DNA of 64,000 nt from Gammaproteobacteria bacterium. Its GTDB lineage: Bacteria; Pseudomonadota; Gammaproteobacteria; UBA4575. Shown piece by piece: positions 42,411 to 55,738 of this stretch. How positions within the stretch are numbered: position 1 is the stretch's first letter; the number at the start of each line of letters is the position of its first letter. Made by a program: the position numbers and the translations under genes. The stretch lies in contig JAJDYY010000008.1 of assembly GCA_022824965.1 (NCBI GenBank), positions 320,284 through 384,283 on the forward strand, written 5' to 3'. The notes beneath the pieces are model-generated. The model saw only the letters and a list, made by a program, of their open reading frames with translations. It was not told where the DNA came from and made no database searches.

Positions 42411-42577
42411 TATACTATGTTGAGGTGATAGCTCGGTTAGACTATAGCGGATATTACTTCAGTTAACTGGGCATTACACATGCATTTTGGCAGAATCGAC
42501 AGTGACTAGGACTGACCTTATCATGCCTGTATTCCAACCTGTACGACCCCGATTTGCAGTGAACGTTCCCTGTTCCC

Positions 42578-43855
42578 ATGTCTTTACTCACGCTCGGCAT
42601 TAACCACACGACCGCACCGGTTCAGGTGCGCGAACTGGTCGCCATCAGCGAGCAGAACCTGCGAGCGGCCCTGCGAAAACTGATCGAGGTCCCCCAGGTC
42701 AGTGAGGCCCTGATCGTTTCAACCTGCAACAGAACCGAGTTGCACTGCGAGGTGACGCAGATGCAGGAAGGCAAAAAGGGCATCATGAACTGGCTGAACA
42801 CCTTCCACAACCTGAGGTCCGAGCACACGGCGCCGTACCTGTATGACTACCAGGACCGTTCCATGGTACACCATATCTTTCGCGTTGCCTGCGGGCTGGA
42901 CTCGATGGTGCTCGGAGAGCCGCAAATACTGGGGCAATTGAAAACCGCCTATCAGGATGCCTCGCAGGCAGGCACGGTGGGACGCAACCTCAACCAGCTT
43001 TTCCAGCACGCCTTCAGCGTCGCCAAGGAAGTGCGAACGAGCACGGAGATCGGCGCGAACCCCGTGTCCGTGGCATCAGCGGCAGTCTCGCTGTCGAAAA
43101 AGATTTTCGGGGAACTGCAGCATCATTCTGCCCTGCTGATTGGCGCGGGGGAGACCATCGAGCTTGCCGCCGACCACCTGAAAGCGGCCGGCATCCGCAA
43201 AATCGTGGTGGCCAATCGCAGTATCGAACGCGCGGAAAACATCGCCGGTCGGGTCGGCGGGCAAGGCGTGGGCCTGAGCCTCGTCAATGACGTCCTGCCC
43301 GCGTCCGAGATTGTGATTACGGCCACGGCCAGCACGCTGCCGATTCTTGGCAAGGGGCTGGTAGAGCGCGCCCTGAAAAGGCGCAGGCACAAACCCATCT
43401 TCATGGTGGACCTTGCCGTACCCAGGGACATCGAACCCGAGGTTGCCGGGCTTCCCGACATCTACCTGTATACCGTCGACGACCTGCAGGATGTCATCCA
43501 GCACAACCTGCAGTCCCGCCAGAAAGCCGCCGAGGCCGCCGAGGAAATCATTGCGAGGGAAGTCGAAAAATTCTTTCTGCGACAGCGTGGGCAGGGGGTC
43601 GTTGACACCGTACGGGCCTTTCGTGAAAAAACCGAGTCACAACGTGATGATGTGCTGGAAAAAGCCAGGAAAATGCTGGAGCAGGGAAAATCGGTCGAGG
43701 AAACCCTGGACTACCTGGCGTACGCCCTGAGCAACAAGTTCATGCATGATCCCAGCGAAGCGCTGAACCAGGCGGCCAAGGAGGGCAAGAACGAGTTGAT
43801 CGATGCCGCGCGAATCCTGTTAAATTTACCGCCCGAAGGCCCCAATGAGTACTAG
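42578..43855 (+). CDS. hemA: Glutamyl-tRNA reductase
   Basis: [19 protein letters not shown]...[10 protein letters not shown] signature. Confidence 0.92.
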   Translation: MSLLTLGINHTTAPVQVRELVAISEQNLRAALRKLIEVPQVSEALIVSTCNRTELHCEVTQMQEGKKGIMNWLNTFHNLRSEHTAPYLYDYQDRSMVHHIFRVACGLDSMVLGEPQILGQLKTAYQDASQAGTVGRNLNQLFQHAFSVAKEVRTSTEIGANPVSVASAAVSLSKKIFGELQHHSALLIGAGETIELAADHLKAAGIRKIVVANRSIERAENIAGRVGGQGVGLSLVNDVLPASEIVITATASTLPILGKGLVERALKRRRHKPIFMVDLAVPRDIEPEVAGLPDIYLYTVDDLQDVIQHNLQSRQKAAEAAEEIIAREVEKFFLRQRGQGVVDTVRAFREKTESQRDDVLEKARKMLEQGKSVEETLDYLAYALSNKFMHDPSEALNQAAKEGKNELIDAARILLNLPPEGPNEY

Positions 43856-43947
43856 GCAGGCCCGCCTGGCACCCGCATGACCGGCCCGGCAACCGGGGCA
43901 TCCCGTACGCTGCGACCGGCTTCCGTTCCCGGACCACAGTCCTCACC

Positions 43948-45033
43948 ATGAAAGATTCAATTCTCCACAAGCTCGAGACCATCCAGGAGCGACATGAGGA
44001 AATTTCCATCTCGCTTTCGGACGCTGAAATTATCAAGGACCCGGATCGGTTTGCAGCGCTTTCCAGAGAATATGCGCATCTGGAACCCATCGTGAAAAAA
44101 TTTGCCGAGCACCAGCGCCTCATGGAAGACCTTTCCTATGCACAGGAACTGTTGGGCGACCAGGACGAAAGCATGAAAAAAATGGCCCAGGAGGAGACGA
44201 AAGCCACCTCTCAGCGCATCGATCAGCTCGAGGGGGAACTGCAGGTCCTCCTGCTGCCCCAGGACCCGCATGACCAGGGCAATGTGTTCCTGGAAATCCG
44301 CGCGGGTACCGGCGGCGATGAGGCCGCCATTTTCGCGGGTGACCTGTTCCGCATGTATTCCCGTTACGCAGAAACCAGGAAATGGAAACTGGAAGTGCTC
44401 CACAAGAGCGAGGGAGACCATGGAGGCTACAAGGAAATCATTACCAAAATTTCAGGTACGGACGTCTATTCAAACCTGAAGTTTGAATCCGGGGCACACC
44501 GGGTGCAGCGCGTGCCGGTCACCGAATCCCAGGGACGTATACACACCTCCGCGGCCACGATTGCCATCATGCCGGAGGTCAGTGAAATCGATGATGTCGA
44601 AATTGACAATGCCGACTTGCGCATCGACATATTCCGGGCTTCCGGTGCAGGCGGCCAGCATGTCAACAAGACGGACTCTGCCATTCGCATCACGCATCTT
44701 CCCAGCGGCATCGTGGTGGAGTGCCAGGATGAAAGATCGCAGCACAAGAACCGTGCACGTGCCTTGTCGTTGCTCAGCGCACGCCTGCTGGACCTGGAAC
44801 GAAAAAAACAATTCGAGCAGCAGGCGGAAACCCGCCGCAACCTGGTCGGCAGCGGCGATCGCTCGGAACGCATCCGTACCTATAATTTTCCGCAGGGCCG
44901 CATCACGGACCACCGAATCGGCCTGACCCTGTACAAACTGGATGAAGTCATGCAGGGCGACATGGATTCGGTCATCCAGCCTCTGCGAAACGAGTACCAG
45001 GCAGACCAGCTCGCCACCCTGAGTGAACCGTAA
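43948..45033 (+). CDS. prfA: Peptide chain release factor 1
   Basis: [11 protein letters not shown] motif and RF-1 tripeptide region. Confidence 0.93.
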   Translation: MKDSILHKLETIQERHEEISISLSDAEIIKDPDRFAALSREYAHLEPIVKKFAEHQRLMEDLSYAQELLGDQDESMKKMAQEETKATSQRIDQLEGELQVLLLPQDPHDQGNVFLEIRAGTGGDEAAIFAGDLFRMYSRYAETRKWKLEVLHKSEGDHGGYKEIITKISGTDVYSNLKFESGAHRVQRVPVTESQGRIHTSAATIAIMPEVSEIDDVEIDNADLRIDIFRASGAGGQHVNKTDSAIRITHLPSGIVVECQDERSQHKNRARALSLLSARLLDLERKKQFEQQAETRRNLVGSGDRSERIRTYNFPQGRITDHRIGLTLYKLDEVMQGDMDSVIQPLRNEYQADQLATLSEP

Positions 45034-45045
45034 CGGGCACAGGCG

Positions 45046-45885
45046 ATGACGCGTCAGCAGGCGGTGGACTTTGCCGCAGCCAAACTGGTCCAGATCAGTG
45101 ACAACCCCAGACTGGATGCACAGCTTCTGGTCTGCCACGCCTGCGATATCGGGCAAGCCGAGCTGTATGCCCATCCCGAGACCCTGCTGTCCGAGCGCGA
45201 AGAACGCTTTTTCAGATCCTGCTGTTCAAGTCGCTTCCAGGGCATACCCCTCGCCCAGATTTCTGGCAAAAAGGAATTCTGGTCCCTGGAGTTCACCGTC
45301 AACGAACACGTACTGGTTCCCCGACCTGAAACGGAACTGCTCGTGGAGACCGCGCTACAGTGCATCGCGGAGCAGGAGGGCGCGAAGATCCTTGATCTCG
45401 GCACCGGCTGCGGGGCCATCGCCATTGCCATTGCCAGGGAACGCAGCGATTGCACGGTGGTCGCTGCCGATGTCTCCTTGCCGGCCCTGGAGGTTGCACG
45501 CATGAACGCGACACGCCATGGCACCGACATCCTTTTTGTTCACAGCGACTGGTACGGGAATATCGGTCACCGCCGGTTCGATGCGATCGTCTCCAACCCG
45601 CCCTATGTCGCAAAAGGGGACCCGGACCTGGATCCCCATGTGGCGCAATTCGAGCCGGCCATGGCACTGATCAGCGGGGAGTCCGGGCTGGAGGCTCTCG
45701 AGAAGATCATCGGTCAAGCGCACCCGTACCTGGCCCCGCGAGGGCACATCGTGCTCGAACATGGCTTCATGCAGGGAGGCGAAACCCGCAAACTGCTCAG
45801 CCAACACGGGTTTGTGCAGATCCGGACGTACCCAGACCTTGCGGGCCAGGACCGTGTCAGTTGTGCGCGCTTGAGTACTTGCTAG
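45046..45885 (+). CDS. prmC: Release-factor glutamine N5-methyltransferase
   Basis: NPPY motif (SNPPYV), HemK family, immediately after prfA. Confidence 0.9.
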   Translation: MTRQQAVDFAAAKLVQISDNPRLDAQLLVCHACDIGQAELYAHPETLLSEREERFFRSCCSSRFQGIPLAQISGKKEFWSLEFTVNEHVLVPRPETELLVETALQCIAEQEGAKILDLGTGCGAIAIAIARERSDCTVVAADVSLPALEVARMNATRHGTDILFVHSDWYGNIGHRRFDAIVSNPPYVAKGDPDLDPHVAQFEPAMALISGESGLEALEKIIGQAHPYLAPRGHIVLEHGFMQGGETRKLLSQHGFVQIRTYPDLAGQDRVSCARLSTC

Positions 45886-45906
45886 GCGCTGCAAACCCCA
45901 AAAGAG

Positions 45907-47343
45907 CTACCCCAGCTTCTTCCTCAGCAGGTCATTGACCTGTTTCGGATTGGCCTTTCCCCCGGACTGCTTCATGACCTGGCCCACAAAGAAACCGAAC
46001 ACCTTGTCCTTGCCCGAGCGGAATTGCTCCACCTGTTTCGGGTTGTCCTGCAGGACCTGGTCCACCAGAGTCTCCAGTTCCGAGTCATCGGTAATCTGGC
46101 GAAGGCCGCGGGACTCAATGATGGAATCTGCATCCCCTTCCCCCGTCCACATGGACCGGAACACGTCCTTGGCGATCTTGCCGGAGATGGTGCCGTCTTC
46201 GATGCGGTTCAGAAGGCCTGCCAGCATGGTGCTCGAGACAGGGCTTTCGGTAATTTCCAGATGATCCTGGTTCAGGGCTGCACTGAGCTCGCCGGTGATC
46301 CAGTTGACCGCCAGCTTGGCATCGGCATCGGTATGCTTTGCAGTGCGCTCGAAGTACTCGGCAAGTTCACGGCTCATGGCCAGGGTCTCGGCATCATGCC
46401 CCTTGAGCCCGTATTCCGTACTCAAGCGTGAGGCTTTCTCCCAGGGCAGCTCGGGCAACTGTGCCCGGATGGCATCTACCATGTCCTGCGCGATGACCAC
46501 GGGCAGCAGGTCGGGATCGGGGAAATAGCGGTAGTCGTTGGCCTCTTCCTTGCTTCTCATCGAGCGGGTTTCGCCCGTGCCGGCATCATACAGCCGGGTC
46601 TCCTGCACGACCTCTCCTCCGTCTTCAAGCACCCCGATCTGGCGCTCGATTTCAAAATCGATCGCCCGCTCCACAAACCTGAACGAGTTCAGGTTCTTGA
46701 TTTCCGTACGTGTGCCATAGGCGTCTTCGCCTGCAGGACGCATGGACACGTTGGCATCACACCGAAACGAACCCTCCTGCATGTTGCCGTCGGAAATCCC
46801 CAGGTAACGTACGATCGAATGGATCTTTTTCATGTACAGGATGGCCTCTTTAGCCGAACGCATGTCGGGCTCCGACACGACCTCGATGAGCGGGGTGCCG
46901 GCACGGTTCAGGTCGACCGCGGTAAAGTCTTCAAACTCCTCGTGCAGGGATTTCCCGGCATCCTCCTCAAGGTGTGCGCGTGTGATGCCGATGACTTTTT
47001 GCACCTCGTTTTCCAGGGTGATTTCCAGGCGGCCGCGCTCCACGATGGGCAACTCGTACTGGCTGATTTGATACCCCTTTGGCAGATCGGGGTAAAAATA
47101 ATTTTTCCGGGCGAAGACACTGCGCTGTGCAATCGTGGCATCAATGGCAAGACCAAACATGATGGCCATGCGCACTGCTTCGAGATTCAGCACGGGCAAC
47201 ACGCCGGGCAGCCCGAGGTCCACGGCGCAGGCCTGGGTATTGGGCTCGGCCCCGAAAGCCGTGGAAGCCGCCGAGAAAATCTTGCTCCGCGTGTCCAGCT
47301 GTACGTGGATTTCCAGCCCGATGACTGCCTCCCACGCAGTCAT
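45907..47343 (-). CDS. gatB: Asp/Glu-tRNA amidotransferase subunit B
   Basis: The start is set at [16 protein letters not shown]. GatB signature. Confidence 0.9.
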   Translation of the reverse strand: MTAWEAVIGLEIHVQLDTRSKIFSAASTAFGAEPNTQACAVDLGLPGVLPVLNLEAVRMAIMFGLAIDATIAQRSVFARKNYFYPDLPKGYQISQYELPIVERGRLEITLENEVQKVIGITRAHLEEDAGKSLHEEFEDFTAVDLNRAGTPLIEVVSEPDMRSAKEAILYMKKIHSIVRYLGISDGNMQEGSFRCDANVSMRPAGEDAYGTRTEIKNLNSFRFVERAIDFEIERQIGVLEDGGEVVQETRLYDAGTGETRSMRSKEEANDYRYFPDPDLLPVVIAQDMVDAIRAQLPELPWEKASRLSTEYGLKGHDAETLAMSRELAEYFERTAKHTDADAKLAVNWITGELSAALNQDHLEITESPVSSTMLAGLLNRIEDGTISGKIAKDVFRSMWTGEGDADSIIESRGLRQITDDSELETLVDQVLQDNPKQVEQFRSGKDKVFGFFVGQVMKQSGGKANPKQVNDLLRKKLG

Positions 47344-48809
47344 TCGCCGTGGCTCCCCTGCATGCACCCGGGAGGGCACTGGCGATGCCAGTCCGTTGCC
47401 AGCTGGTACTGGTGCGCAAAATTCAACAGTCTGCCCTCGGTGAGATAGTTGCCGATCAGCTGCATGCCGACGGGCAGGCCCTCATGCATGCCGCATGGAA
47501 CCGAGACCGCCGGCAGGCCGGCCAGATTGACCGAGATGGTATAGATGTCCGACAAGTACATGGTCACCGGGTCATCGGTCTTTTCACCGATCTTGAAAGC
47601 AGGCTCCGGTGCTGTCGGCCCCAGGATAAAATCGACCGTCTCGAATGCCTTGCTGAAATCCGTGCTGATCAGGCGGCGGATCTGCTGGGCCTTCAGGTAG
47701 TAGGCATCGTAATACCCGGTGGACAATGCGTAGGTTCCAATCATGATGCGGCGCTTCACTTCCGTACCGAAACCCTCGCTGCGACTGCGACGGTACAGGT
47801 CATGCAAATCCTTAGGAGCCTGGCAGCGGTGTCCGAACCGGATGCCGTCAAAACGCGACAGGTTCGAGGAACATTCTGCCGTGGCGATCACGTAATAGGC
47901 CGGGATGGCCAGTTCCGTGTTCGGCAAACGGATGGGCTGGACGATGCATCCCTGCCCTTCGGCCCAGGCAATGGCGCGGGCCATGATGTCTTTCACCTCG
48001 GGCCTCAGGCCGGTGCCGAAATATTCATCGGGGATGCCGATGACCCGCCCCTGCAGCGGCTCGTCCAGAACCTGCGTATAAGCCGGCACCGGTTCATCCA
48101 TGCAGGTCGAATCCCTGGCGTCGAAACCGGCCATAGCCTGCAGCAGGTAGGCGCAGTCATGGGCCGATTTCGCCAGGGGCCCGGCCTGGTCCAGGCTCGA
48201 TGCATAGGCAATCATGCCGTAACGCGATACGCGGCCATAGGTCGGTTTCAGTCCCGTGATTCCACAAAATGCCGCCGGTTGCCGGATGGACCCGCCGGTG
48301 TCCGTGCCCGTTGCCAGAGGGACCAGCCGTGCCGCTACGGCAGCCGCCGACCCGCCGGACGATCCCCCCGGCACATGCCCGGGATTCCAGGGATTTTTCA
48401 CCGGGCCGAAGTAACTGTTCTCATTGGATGAGCCCATCGCAAACTCGTCCATGTTGGTCTTTCCCAAAACCACACATCCGGCCTGCTCAAGCTTTCGCAC
48501 CACGGTCGCATCGTAGGGTGCCACAAAGTTGTCCAGCATTCTGGACCCGCACGATGTCTTGGTGCCGTCCATGCAGAAGATATCCTTGTGGGCCAGGGGT
48601 ATGCCGGTCAGCGGACCATGCTTTTTTTCCTTGATCCGCTGATCGGCGCGACGTGCCTGCAAGATTGCAGGCTCTTCCATTTCGGTGATGAAGGCATTCA
48701 GTTCCCGATGGGCCTGCATGCGGTGCAGGAAGTGCCGGGTGAGCTCCTCACTGGAGAATTCCCCGCGGTCCAAGCCTGCTGCAAGCTGCGAAACGGAAAG
48801 GTCTTGCAT
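47340..48809 (-). CDS. gatA: Asp/Glu-tRNA amidotransferase subunit A (amidase)
   Basis: Amidase signature [12 protein letters not shown]. The start is set at MQDLSVSQL. The 3' end overlaps the gatB start. Confidence 0.9.
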   Translation of the reverse strand: MQDLSVSQLAAGLDRGEFSSEELTRHFLHRMQAHRELNAFITEMEEPAILQARRADQRIKEKKHGPLTGIPLAHKDIFCMDGTKTSCGSRMLDNFVAPYDATVVRKLEQAGCVVLGKTNMDEFAMGSSNENSYFGPVKNPWNPGHVPGGSSGGSAAAVAARLVPLATGTDTGGSIRQPAAFCGITGLKPTYGRVSRYGMIAYASSLDQAGPLAKSAHDCAYLLQAMAGFDARDSTCMDEPVPAYTQVLDEPLQGRVIGIPDEYFGTGLRPEVKDIMARAIAWAEGQGCIVQPIRLPNTELAIPAYYVIATAECSSNLSRFDGIRFGHRCQAPKDLHDLYRRSRSEGFGTEVKRRIMIGTYALSTGYYDAYYLKAQQIRRLISTDFSKAFETVDFILGPTAPEPAFKIGEKTDDPVTMYLSDIYTISVNLAGLPAVSVPCGMHEGLPVGMQLIGNYLTEGRLLNFAHQYQLATDWHRQCPPGCMQGSHGE

Positions 48810-48848
48810 CGATGTGACAGTGGGTCCCTGCAATGCCCGGACAAAAAG

Positions 48849-49136
48849 CTATTCGATCACCTTGGGCACCAGGTACAGACCCCTGTCCGTACGTGGCGCT
48901 ACGGTCTGGAACTTTTCACGCTGGTCCGTTTCGGTGACCTCGTCCTCGCGCAGACGCTGGACGACGTCAAGGGGGTGCGCCATCGGCACGACTCCCCGGG
49001 TGTCCACCTGGTTCATCTGCTGCACCCAGGCCAGAATTTTTGACAAGTCTGCAGCATACTGCCCGGCCTGCTCTTCATCGATGTGCAATCTGGCCAGGTG
49101 GCTGATGCTGAGAATTTCCTCAAGTGATATGGACAT
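48849..49136 (-). CDS. gatC: Asp/Glu-tRNA amidotransferase subunit C
   Basis: MSISLEEILSISHLARLHIDEE GatC N-terminus, 95 aa. The upstream ORF-track extension is not used. Confidence 0.85.
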   Translation of the reverse strand: MSISLEEILSISHLARLHIDEEQAGQYAADLSKILAWVQQMNQVDTRGVVPMAHPLDVVQRLREDEVTETDQREKFQTVAPRTDRGLYLVPKVIE

Positions 49137-49264
49137 GGCAGGATCTTGGAGTTGACTGGACCGGTTGATGGACAAGCGTTCGTCCTGTGGGGAAGGATGA
49201 TAGCAGCACAAGCTACCATACTTGCATATGGCCTTGCTCAAAATTTTAGCCACTGCTAGAGTAG

Positions 49265-50347
<1,083 letters not shown>

Positions 50348-50512
50348 CGCAACAAAGCGCTGAAGCCCGGTACCGTTCGGCGGACAACACGGATGTCTGC
50401 TATGATCAAACCCTGAAACCCTGGGATACTGGCCTGTCGTTCAGGGGAGGTTGCCATCAAGCCGCTGTTTGTCCTTAGCCCGTCCGCATCCGCGAAACTG
50501 ATCCTCCTGGCC

Positions 50513-51322
50513 ATGCTGTCCATCGGCATGATGGTCACTGACTACCACTACAATTACCTGGGTTTCCTGCGCTCGGGCATCAGCGTGGTGGTGTATCCCG
50601 TCAAGTACGTGGCCTCCCTGCCCGCAAAAATCTACAACGCGGGCTCAGAATCCCTGGCCAGCCGTAAAAAACTGCTGGATGAAAACACCCGGCTGCGCAC
50701 GAACCAGATCCTGCTTGGTCTGCAGTTACAGAAACTCGCAGTCCTGGAACAGGAAAATGTACGCCTGCGCGACCTTCTGTCTTCCGCCAAGCAACTCCAG
50801 GAAGAGCAGATACTCATCGCAGAACTGCTTTCCATCGATCTCGATCCGTACCGTCACCAAATTGTCCTGAACAAGGGAACACAAGACGGTGTGTTTGAGG
50901 GGCAACCCCTGCTGGGAGCCAAGGGGATCATTGGCCAGGTGGACAAGGCAGGCCCTGTCAGCTCCATCGCGATCCTGATATCGGATCCCAACCATGCCCT
51001 GCTGGGTGTCATCGCCCGCAGCGGCCAGCGCAGCCTGGTGGTAGGCACGGGAAACAATGAAAAACTGGAGCTTCGACATCTGGTGAACACCACGGACATC
51101 CAGGTTGGCGACCTGATCACGACTTCAGGCCTGGACGGTCGTTACCCACCCAACTACCCGGTTGCAGAGATTACCAGTATCCAGCCGATTCCTGGGGGGG
51201 CCTTTGTAAAAGTCGAAGCCAAACCCCTGACGAACCTCAGTACCATTCGGGAAACCCTATTGCTGCGCAACAGTGAAGAACAATTCCCGAAAACGGCAGA
51301 AACCCGTACGAAAACGCGATGA
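50513..51322 (+). CDS. mreC: Rod-shape determining protein MreC (the true start is probably about 20 codons upstream, at a non-ATG codon)
   Basis: Coiled-coil region (ENTRLRTNQILLGLQLQKLAVLEQENVRLRDLL) then a beta-rich domain. The upstream in-frame IKPLFVLSPSASAKL aligns with the E. coli MreC N-terminus. Confidence 0.85.
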   Translation: MLSIGMMVTDYHYNYLGFLRSGISVVVYPVKYVASLPAKIYNAGSESLASRKKLLDENTRLRTNQILLGLQLQKLAVLEQENVRLRDLLSSAKQLQEEQILIAELLSIDLDPYRHQIVLNKGTQDGVFEGQPLLGAKGIIGQVDKAGPVSSIAILISDPNHALLGVIARSGQRSLVVGTGNNEKLELRHLVNTTDIQVGDLITTSGLDGRYPPNYPVAEITSIQPIPGGAFVKVEAKPLTNLSTIRETLLLRNSEEQFPKTAETRTKTR

Positions 51323-51798
51323 GCCGCCAGCTTTCACACATACTCTATGGCATGGGCGGCACCTTGCTGGCTGCCTTGATCCTGATGCTGATCCCGCTGC
51401 CGGACTGGGCCGGTCCCTGGCGTCCGGACTGGCTGGCGATCACGCTGATCTACTGGTGCATGGCCCGGCCTGAGCATCTGGGTGTCGGAATCGCATGGCT
51501 GCTGGGCCTTCTGGTCGACGTCGTGTACGGCACGCTGCTGGGGCAGTATGCCCTGGGTTTTGCCATCCTTGCCTTTATCACGATCCGGTTTCACACCCGG
51601 GCCAGGAATTACCCGATACACCAGCAGGCCATCTTTGTCGGGGTCACCCTGTTGCCTTACATGAGCATTTTGCTTTGGATCCAGGGCGTACAGGGAGAGG
51701 ATCCGAAATCGTGGACGTACTGGGCACCGGTGCTTACCAGCATGCTGCTGTGGCCGGTAGTCTACAATGTATTGCGCGCGGTCCGAAGAGCCAGCTGA
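51319..51798 (+). CDS. mreD: Rod-shape determining protein MreD
   Basis: 159 aa polytopic membrane protein, overlapping the mreC stop. Confidence 0.85.
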   Translation: MSRQLSHILYGMGGTLLAALILMLIPLPDWAGPWRPDWLAITLIYWCMARPEHLGVGIAWLLGLLVDVVYGTLLGQYALGFAILAFITIRFHTRARNYPIHQQAIFVGVTLLPYMSILLWIQGVQGEDPKSWTYWAPVLTSMLLWPVVYNVLRAVRRAS

Positions 51799-51836
51799 GC
51801 CGGGCGCACATACCGCTAAGCGACCGTCTTTTCCCT

Positions 51837-52835
51837 TTATTCGGTGTCTTGTCTGCGCAAGTTCTGCAACTGGCGCCTGAACTTCTCACAGGGATCCTCA
51901 CGCGTATGGCTGGGTGTGAAATACAGGATATCGTAGGCATCATGTGCGTCCTGCAGGTAGTCCCCGGGCCTGAGGGCATCGGGATGCACCGGGAACAGCG
52001 CGACCGACAGCAGGGAATCGTGGTGGTACGCATTGCGTAGCTGCACCGGTACGGCATAGTCGTTGCGGATGTGTCCGCGACCGGCTATGAGCACTGCGGG
52101 CGCCAGGCTGTCCACCAGTGCCGAAGCCATGGCACGGTCCCTTTGCAGTTGGGCTTCGACCATGAACGGGAGATGGCCAGGATCAACGTAGCCGCAATGG
52201 GATTCGGCAATTTCCTGCTCCAGTCGCCTGAGGCCTTGATCCGGTATCGAATATCGCGCACTCAACTCCTTGCGCCAGTCCGGCCCGGTCTCCTGTATTC
52301 GGGCATGCAGGGTCTTGCGCTTCACATTGCCTGCCACCAGCTCCAGGCCATGGTCCACCACGCTCTGCAAAATGGGCGCATACAGGTCCCACGGCCAGCG
52401 CTCGTCCTGTGCCGCAGCCTGCCGTTGCAGCAGTTCAAGATCTGTCCAGAAGGCCGGCTGGTCCTGCCAGGCTTCCCGGGCCAGCATTTCCATGACGACG
52501 GCAGGCTTTTGACCCGCGCCTGCAAGTCCGTTCAGGATCTGTGCCTGCAACCGGTGATGATCGGGGTTGTCGTGGGTTTCTCCCAGCAAAACGAGCTTGT
52601 ATTCCTGCACTGCGGCATGCAGGCGCCGTTCCGTGATCCAGCGGTTTTCCCGCGTGTCCCAGATTTTCCCCACCAGTACGTGACTTTGGTAAAAGGGAGA
52701 CTGCCAGTCCCGGGCATGGGCGGGATTTGCAGATAACGTCAGGCAGCCTGCGTACAGCAGGTACCGGCACACACGATAGGCCAAACGGCGACTTGCCGTT
52801 ACACTGTCGGGAATGGAAATTGAAATCATCGACAA
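51837..52835 (-). CDS. ChaN-family (DUF399/Tiki-like) periplasmic lipoprotein
   Basis: Signal peptide and VLLGETHDNPDHH motif. Confidence 0.65.
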   Translation of the reverse strand: MSMISISIPDSVTASRRLAYRVCRYLLYAGCLTLSANPAHARDWQSPFYQSHVLVGKIWDTRENRWITERRLHAAVQEYKLVLLGETHDNPDHHRLQAQILNGLAGAGQKPAVVMEMLAREAWQDQPAFWTDLELLQRQAAAQDERWPWDLYAPILQSVVDHGLELVAGNVKRKTLHARIQETGPDWRKELSARYSIPDQGLRRLEQEIAESHCGYVDPGHLPFMVEAQLQRDRAMASALVDSLAPAVLIAGRGHIRNDYAVPVQLRNAYHHDSLLSVALFPVHPDALRPGDYLQDAHDAYDILYFTPSHTREDPCEKFRRQLQNLRRQDTE

Positions 52836-53916
52836 TCTGGATCAGTTGGAGGCCTTTTGTACGCATGCGGTCCGCCAGGACTGGGTTTGCGCTGACACCG
52901 AGTTCATGCGCGAGGACACGTACTACCCCAAGCTGTGTTTGATGCAAATCGCTACGGAAACCCGGATCGTTTGTATCGATACGCTCATCATAAAGGACTT
53001 GTCGGTGCTGAATAAGCTTTTTGCCTCGAAAACCATCACGAAAGTTTTCCACGCCGCTCGCCAGGATCTCGAAATCCTGTTCATGATCAACGGGGAAATC
53101 CCGTATCCCGTCTTCGATACCCAGATCGCCGCCAGCGCACTGGGCTATGGTGATCAGATCAGCTATGCGCAGCTCGTTGAAAGATTGTGCGGTGTGCCTC
53201 TCGACAAGTCCCTGGCCCGCTCGGTCTGGACCCGGCGCCCCTTGCCCGAGAAGGCCATCCAGTATGCCGCCAATGATGTGCGGTACCTGTCGCAGATCTA
53301 CGCGCTATTGAAAAAGGAGCTCGAAGACAAGGGGCGGACACACTGGGTGGAAAGCGAATGCCGGCAGCTGAATGATGTGAACAAGTACAGGACCGATGCT
53401 CAAAGCCTGTGGAAATCGGTGAAGGGAGCCAGAAAACTGTCATCGAAACAGCTGAATGTCCTCAAGTGGCTTGCGCGCTGGCGGGACCACGAGGCCATGC
53501 AGCAAAACCGGCCAAGGCAATGGATCCTGCGGGACGAGACCTTGCATGAGCTTGCAGTCAAGCAACCTGTCAGTGCCGCATCCCTGGCAAAGGTGGAACT
53601 GTTGACCCGCAAACAGCGGGGGCGGTATGCCGAGAAGCTGCTCGCTTGCATGGACAAGGCCATGCAGACCCCCAAAGGGGACTGGCCAGAGTCGATCGCA
53701 ACCTCCGCACTGTCGCGCCAGCAGCGCAAACTGCTCAAGCAGGTCAAAGCCTTTGTCCGCGAACGTGCCGAACAACTTGGCATCACGCCCAACTTTTTGG
53801 CCACCCGCAGCATGCTGGAAACACTGGTCTGTAAACCGGAAGAATTGCACAAGCTGCAGAGCTGGCGCCTGAACCTGATCGGCAATGGTCTGAAACAGCT
53901 CCTCGGAGAAGAATAA
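52813..53916 (+). CDS. rnd: Ribonuclease D
   Basis: DEDDy exonuclease motifs (CADTEFMREDTYYPKLCLMQIA, YAANDVRYL) and HRDC domain. Confidence 0.88.
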   Translation: MEIEIIDNLDQLEAFCTHAVRQDWVCADTEFMREDTYYPKLCLMQIATETRIVCIDTLIIKDLSVLNKLFASKTITKVFHAARQDLEILFMINGEIPYPVFDTQIAASALGYGDQISYAQLVERLCGVPLDKSLARSVWTRRPLPEKAIQYAANDVRYLSQIYALLKKELEDKGRTHWVESECRQLNDVNKYRTDAQSLWKSVKGARKLSSKQLNVLKWLARWRDHEAMQQNRPRQWILRDETLHELAVKQPVSAASLAKVELLTRKQRGRYAEKLLACMDKAMQTPKGDWPESIATSALSRQQRKLLKQVKAFVRERAEQLGITPNFLATRSMLETLVCKPEELHKLQSWRLNLIGNGLKQLLGEE

Positions 53917-54006
53917 TGAAAATCAGGTGTGCAACCGGGTATAATTCCGGGCTTGGCACAGGTTTTTCAAAAGCCTGACGGAATGCCGCAGGAGGCCTGT
54001 TATCGT

Positions 54007-54252
54007 ATGCATGCAGAAGAAATCAAGAGCTTGATTGAACAGGGTGTGCCCGACTCGCAAGCCATTGTCAGTGGCACCGAGGGCAAGTATGAGGCAACCG
54101 TGATCAGTGAATGCTTCGAGGGCATGAGCATGGTGAAGGAACACCAGCTCGTCTACTCGACTGTCAAATCACAAATTGCCAGTGGCGCCCTGCATGCGCT
54201 GAGCATCAAGACCTTTACGCCGTCGGAATGGGAGCAGCAGGCGGCCAACTGA
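54007..54252 (+). CDS. BolA-family protein
   Basis: About 81 aa with an ALHALSIKTFTPSEW C-terminus typical of BolA/IbaG. Confidence 0.7.
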   Translation: MHAEEIKSLIEQGVPDSQAIVSGTEGKYEATVISECFEGMSMVKEHQLVYSTVKSQIASGALHALSIKTFTPSEWEQQAAN

Positions 54253-54463
54253 TCAAAGTAGGTATTTACCTCCCAGGCCGCATGCCCACAATTTTCGGAC
54301 TCTTTCAATCAGGATATAGAGCTTGCCATATTTTTCACGTTAGATTGACAAGGACCGGTGACTGCTATAACTACATACCCCCGTAAATTTCCAGGATCCA
54401 AAGCTGTTTTTTTGTCCAGATCAGAGCATCGCAGGGTCTTGTCTTTTTTAAGGAAACCCGTTC

Positions 54464-55738
54464 ATGAAAATTGAAACTCTTGCCATACACAGTGGCTACT
54501 CGCCCGAGGCAACCACCAAGGCGGTGGCTGTACCGATCTACCAAACCTCGTCTTATGCGTTTGACAACACCCAGCATGGTGCCGACCTGTTTGACTTGAA
54601 GGTCGAGGGAAACATTTACACGCGCATCATGAATCCGACCACCGCGGTGCTGGAACAGCGCATTGCAGCGATGGAGGGGGGTATCGGCGCGCTGGCCCTG
54701 TCCTCCGGAATGGCGGCCATTTCCCTGGCAATTTTTGCGATCGCGGAACGCGGAGACAACATCGTTTCGGTAACCACCTTGTACGGGGGCACGTATAACC
54801 TGTTTGCGCATACCCTGCCAAAACTCGGGATTGATGTCCGGTTCGTGGATTACCGCGACATGGACGCCATTGCCACTGCCATCGATGAGAACACAAAAGT
54901 CGTTTTCTGTGAGTCTCTCGGAAACCCTGCCGGCAACATCATCGATCTGGAAAAAACGGTCGAGGTTGCCCACGCGCAGGGAGTCCCGGTTATGGTGGAC
55001 AACACCGTACCGAGCCCGTACTTATGCCGGCCCTTCGAGTTCGGGGCGGATATCGTCATTCATTCACTGACCAAGTACATGACCGGCCACGGCACAACCA
55101 TCGGGGGGATTGTCGTGGACTCTGGGAACTTCCCGTGGGCCGACCACAAGGAGCGGTTCCCCATGCTTAATGAGCCGGATCCCTCCTATCACGGGGTGGT
55201 CTACACGGAAGCGCTGGGCCAAGCCGCATACATCGGCCGGGTCCGGGTCGTACCGCTGCGCAACATCGGGCCTGCGATTTCGCCCATGAACAGTTTCCTG
55301 GTATTGCAGGGGGTGGAAAGCCTGCCGGTGCGCATGGACCGTCACTGTGAAAATGCACTGGCCGTGGCCGAGCATCTGGAAAAGCACCCAAATGTCACCT
55401 GGGTCAACTATGCCGGTCTGCCCACGCATGAGGACTACCCTCTGGTGGAAAAATATTGCAGCGGGCGGGCTTCCGGAATCCTGAGTTTCGGAATCAAGGG
55501 AGGACTCGATGCCGGTGTGAAATTCATTGATGCCCTGAACCTGATCGTTCGGCTGGTCAACATTGGTGACGCCAAGTCGCTGGCCTGCCATCCGGCCACC
55601 ACCACGCATCGCCAGCTGTCCAAGGAAGAGCAGAAAGTTGCCGGTGTAAGTGATGACCTGGTAAGACTGTCGATCGGGATCGAGCATATTGATGACATCC
55701 TGGAAGACATCGATCAGGCCCTTGAAAAATCTGGCTAG
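54464..55738 (+). CDS. metY: O-acetylhomoserine aminocarboxypropyltransferase (sulfhydrylase)
   Basis: Cys/Met-metabolism PLP enzyme, 424 aa, SLTKYMTGHG (PLP Lys). Confidence 0.9.
   Translation: MKIETLAIHSGYSPEATTKAVAVPIYQTSSYAFDNTQHGADLFDLKVEGNIYTRIMNPTTAVLEQRIAAMEGGIGALALSSGMAAISLAIFAIAERGDNIVSVTTLYGGTYNLFAHTLPKLGIDVRFVDYRDMDAIATAIDENTKVVFCESLGNPAGNIIDLEKTVEVAHAQGVPVMVDNTVPSPYLCRPFEFGADIVIHSLTKYMTGHGTTIGGIVVDSGNFPWADHKERFPMLNEPDPSYHGVVYTEALGQAAYIGRVRVVPLRNIGPAISPMNSFLVLQGVESLPVRMDRHCENALAVAEHLEKHPNVTWVNYAGLPTHEDYPLVEKYCSGRASGILSFGIKGGLDAGVKFIDALNLIVRLVNIGDAKSLACHPATTTHRQLSKEEQKVAGVSDDLVRLSIGIEHIDDILEDIDQALEKSG

Noticed and set aside
47349-48431. 360-aa plus-strand ORF
   Set aside because: It is antisense to gatA, which carries the amidase signature.
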